A DNA stretch of 62,977 nt, filler included, from Hyphochytrium catenoides (Eukaryota; Protista; Hyphochytriomycota): assembly GCA_900088475.1 (NCBI GenBank). It is 16 parts of 16 records of this genome, joined end to end, with 100 filler letters (N's around TTAATTAATTAA, not from the genome) between each part and the next. Parts side by side here need not be neighbours in the genome. Positions count along the whole stretch, not along the records: positions 61,559 to 62,977 come from FLMG01002533.1; 15 more parts are not named here. One strand, 5' to 3'. Under the pieces are notes generated by a model, which saw nothing but the letters and a program-made list of their open reading frames with translations, was not told where the DNA came from and ran no database searches. The translations under genes and the position numbers were made by a program. The stretch's first letter is position 1. Each line of letters opens with the position of its first letter. Positions 61,761 through 62,977 of this stretch are shown one piece after another.

Positions 61761-62977
61761 CAATCGTAAACGCTAAGCTTCAGTCTGAGGCTTTCGCGTG
61801 GCCAACCCCGCACCGGTCTCGGCACAAGAGACCTTTCGCCGCCAGAGCGTGCAAGACACTCTTGCTTTGCCTCTCACTATCCAGGTCTCTCGTAAGCCTG
61901 TCCTGTCAACTTGTCCAACTATCTGGTGGTGCTAGTGATGCCCTCGATGGCAAGTAAGGCAAGTTCTCTGCTTCTCTCGGTGCCTTGCTTGCGAACTGTC
62001 CGGACTTCAAACTTCTTTCAATAGAAAGCTTGTTGAGAGTCTGGTCTGGTCATGTCTCGACGGATCTTGCCTGACACTGACGAAGGAGTCTGTCGGTTAC
62101 CGGCTAATGTCGTGCCTTTTTGATGCCTCACTCTTCCTCACTTTTTCTTCCATTTCTTGCTCCCATTTCCGGTGGTTTCTCATGGATTGTTTGTGTCCCA
62201 CACCATGATGGCGCTCACCGTGGTCATCATTCTGAGGAAGAGAGAGAGAGTAAGTCTCCCTTTCATGCGTGCTTCGCTTCTCTTCACTCCGTTTTCTTCT
62301 CTCTCTTCACTCCGTTCTCTTCTCTCTCTCTCTGTCCGGCTGTGCTCACTTCTTCCTCGTCCTCCCTCTGCCTTGCTATAGAGTCTCTCTCTTTCACTTT
62401 TGCAGAAGCATTGTTCCTTGCTGTCTTACGTGTCCCTGCGCCTCACACGTTGAAAGTACTCAGTGGGTCCTTCCTCTCGCTTTCTCTCGGGTTTGCAGCA
62501 GACTTTCACCTACTTCTTAGGTTGTTCACCGTTAGCGCTGACTGGGTCTGCTCATGCGGAGGGCTGACCAGCAAGGGAAGAGAAAGAGCTACTCCTGTCC
62601 TATCCAAACCCATCGATTCTGAGCTCTGGATTGCCTTTCAACCGACGCTTTCCTTGACCGATGGCGAACCAGGACCAGTGGACGCTGGAGCGCTGCCGAG
62701 CCCTTCTGCAGGATCAAAGACCTGGGCAGGATATGCACGATAAAGCGTAAGAACGGGGACATGCGGAGTTAGAGCGCGCAAAGCGGGAGATGGGGAAGTA
62801 AAAAGGGGGTTTTCCAAGGCTACCGAAAAAGATGAAAAGCCAGCACAGATGGAGGAGCAAAGTTGAAGAGGAAGCCACGATTGAGCAGACGGGACTGCGA
62901 GAGCGCCAACCTTCCCATATCCCTTTCTCTCCTTCTCTCTCTCACCCCTCCCTTTCCTCTCCTCTCCTCTCTCTCTC

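Overview
This window is not one continuous locus. It is about 16 short contigs from a fragmented, intron-rich, (AG/CT)n-rich microbial eukaryote assembly (lineage not determinable from sequence alone), joined by 15 synthetic 100-bp spacers (N44-TTAATTAATTAA-N44). Adjacency across spacers has no biological meaning. Recognisable genes, several truncated at contig edges: a HECT E3 ligase C-terminus, a REX1/REXO5-like exonuclease, ALG6, an MRS2/CorA Mg2+ channel, a purple acid phosphatase C-terminus, ZRSR2, a KCTD-type BTB protein, an SDR C-terminus, a PP2C and ESF2/ABT1. Nested Ty1/copia elements and decayed non-LTR remnants are also present. Four items stand out. (1) An intronless class C (GABA-B-like) GPCR whose ectodomain is two tandem bacterial-type Venus-flytrap domains resembling those of trypanosome receptor adenylate cyclases. 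(2) A spliced in-frame fusion of an enoyl-CoA hydratase to an ACAD10/sEH-type HAD phosphatase, ending in a PTS1 and with a possible upstream mitochondrial presequence. (3) An intronless GH6-like domain behind a long DYEQP-repeat stalk. (4) An oomycete-style Crinkler-HNH pseudogene broken by 3-5 bp tandem duplications. All assignments come from motif recognition by eye; no searches were run.
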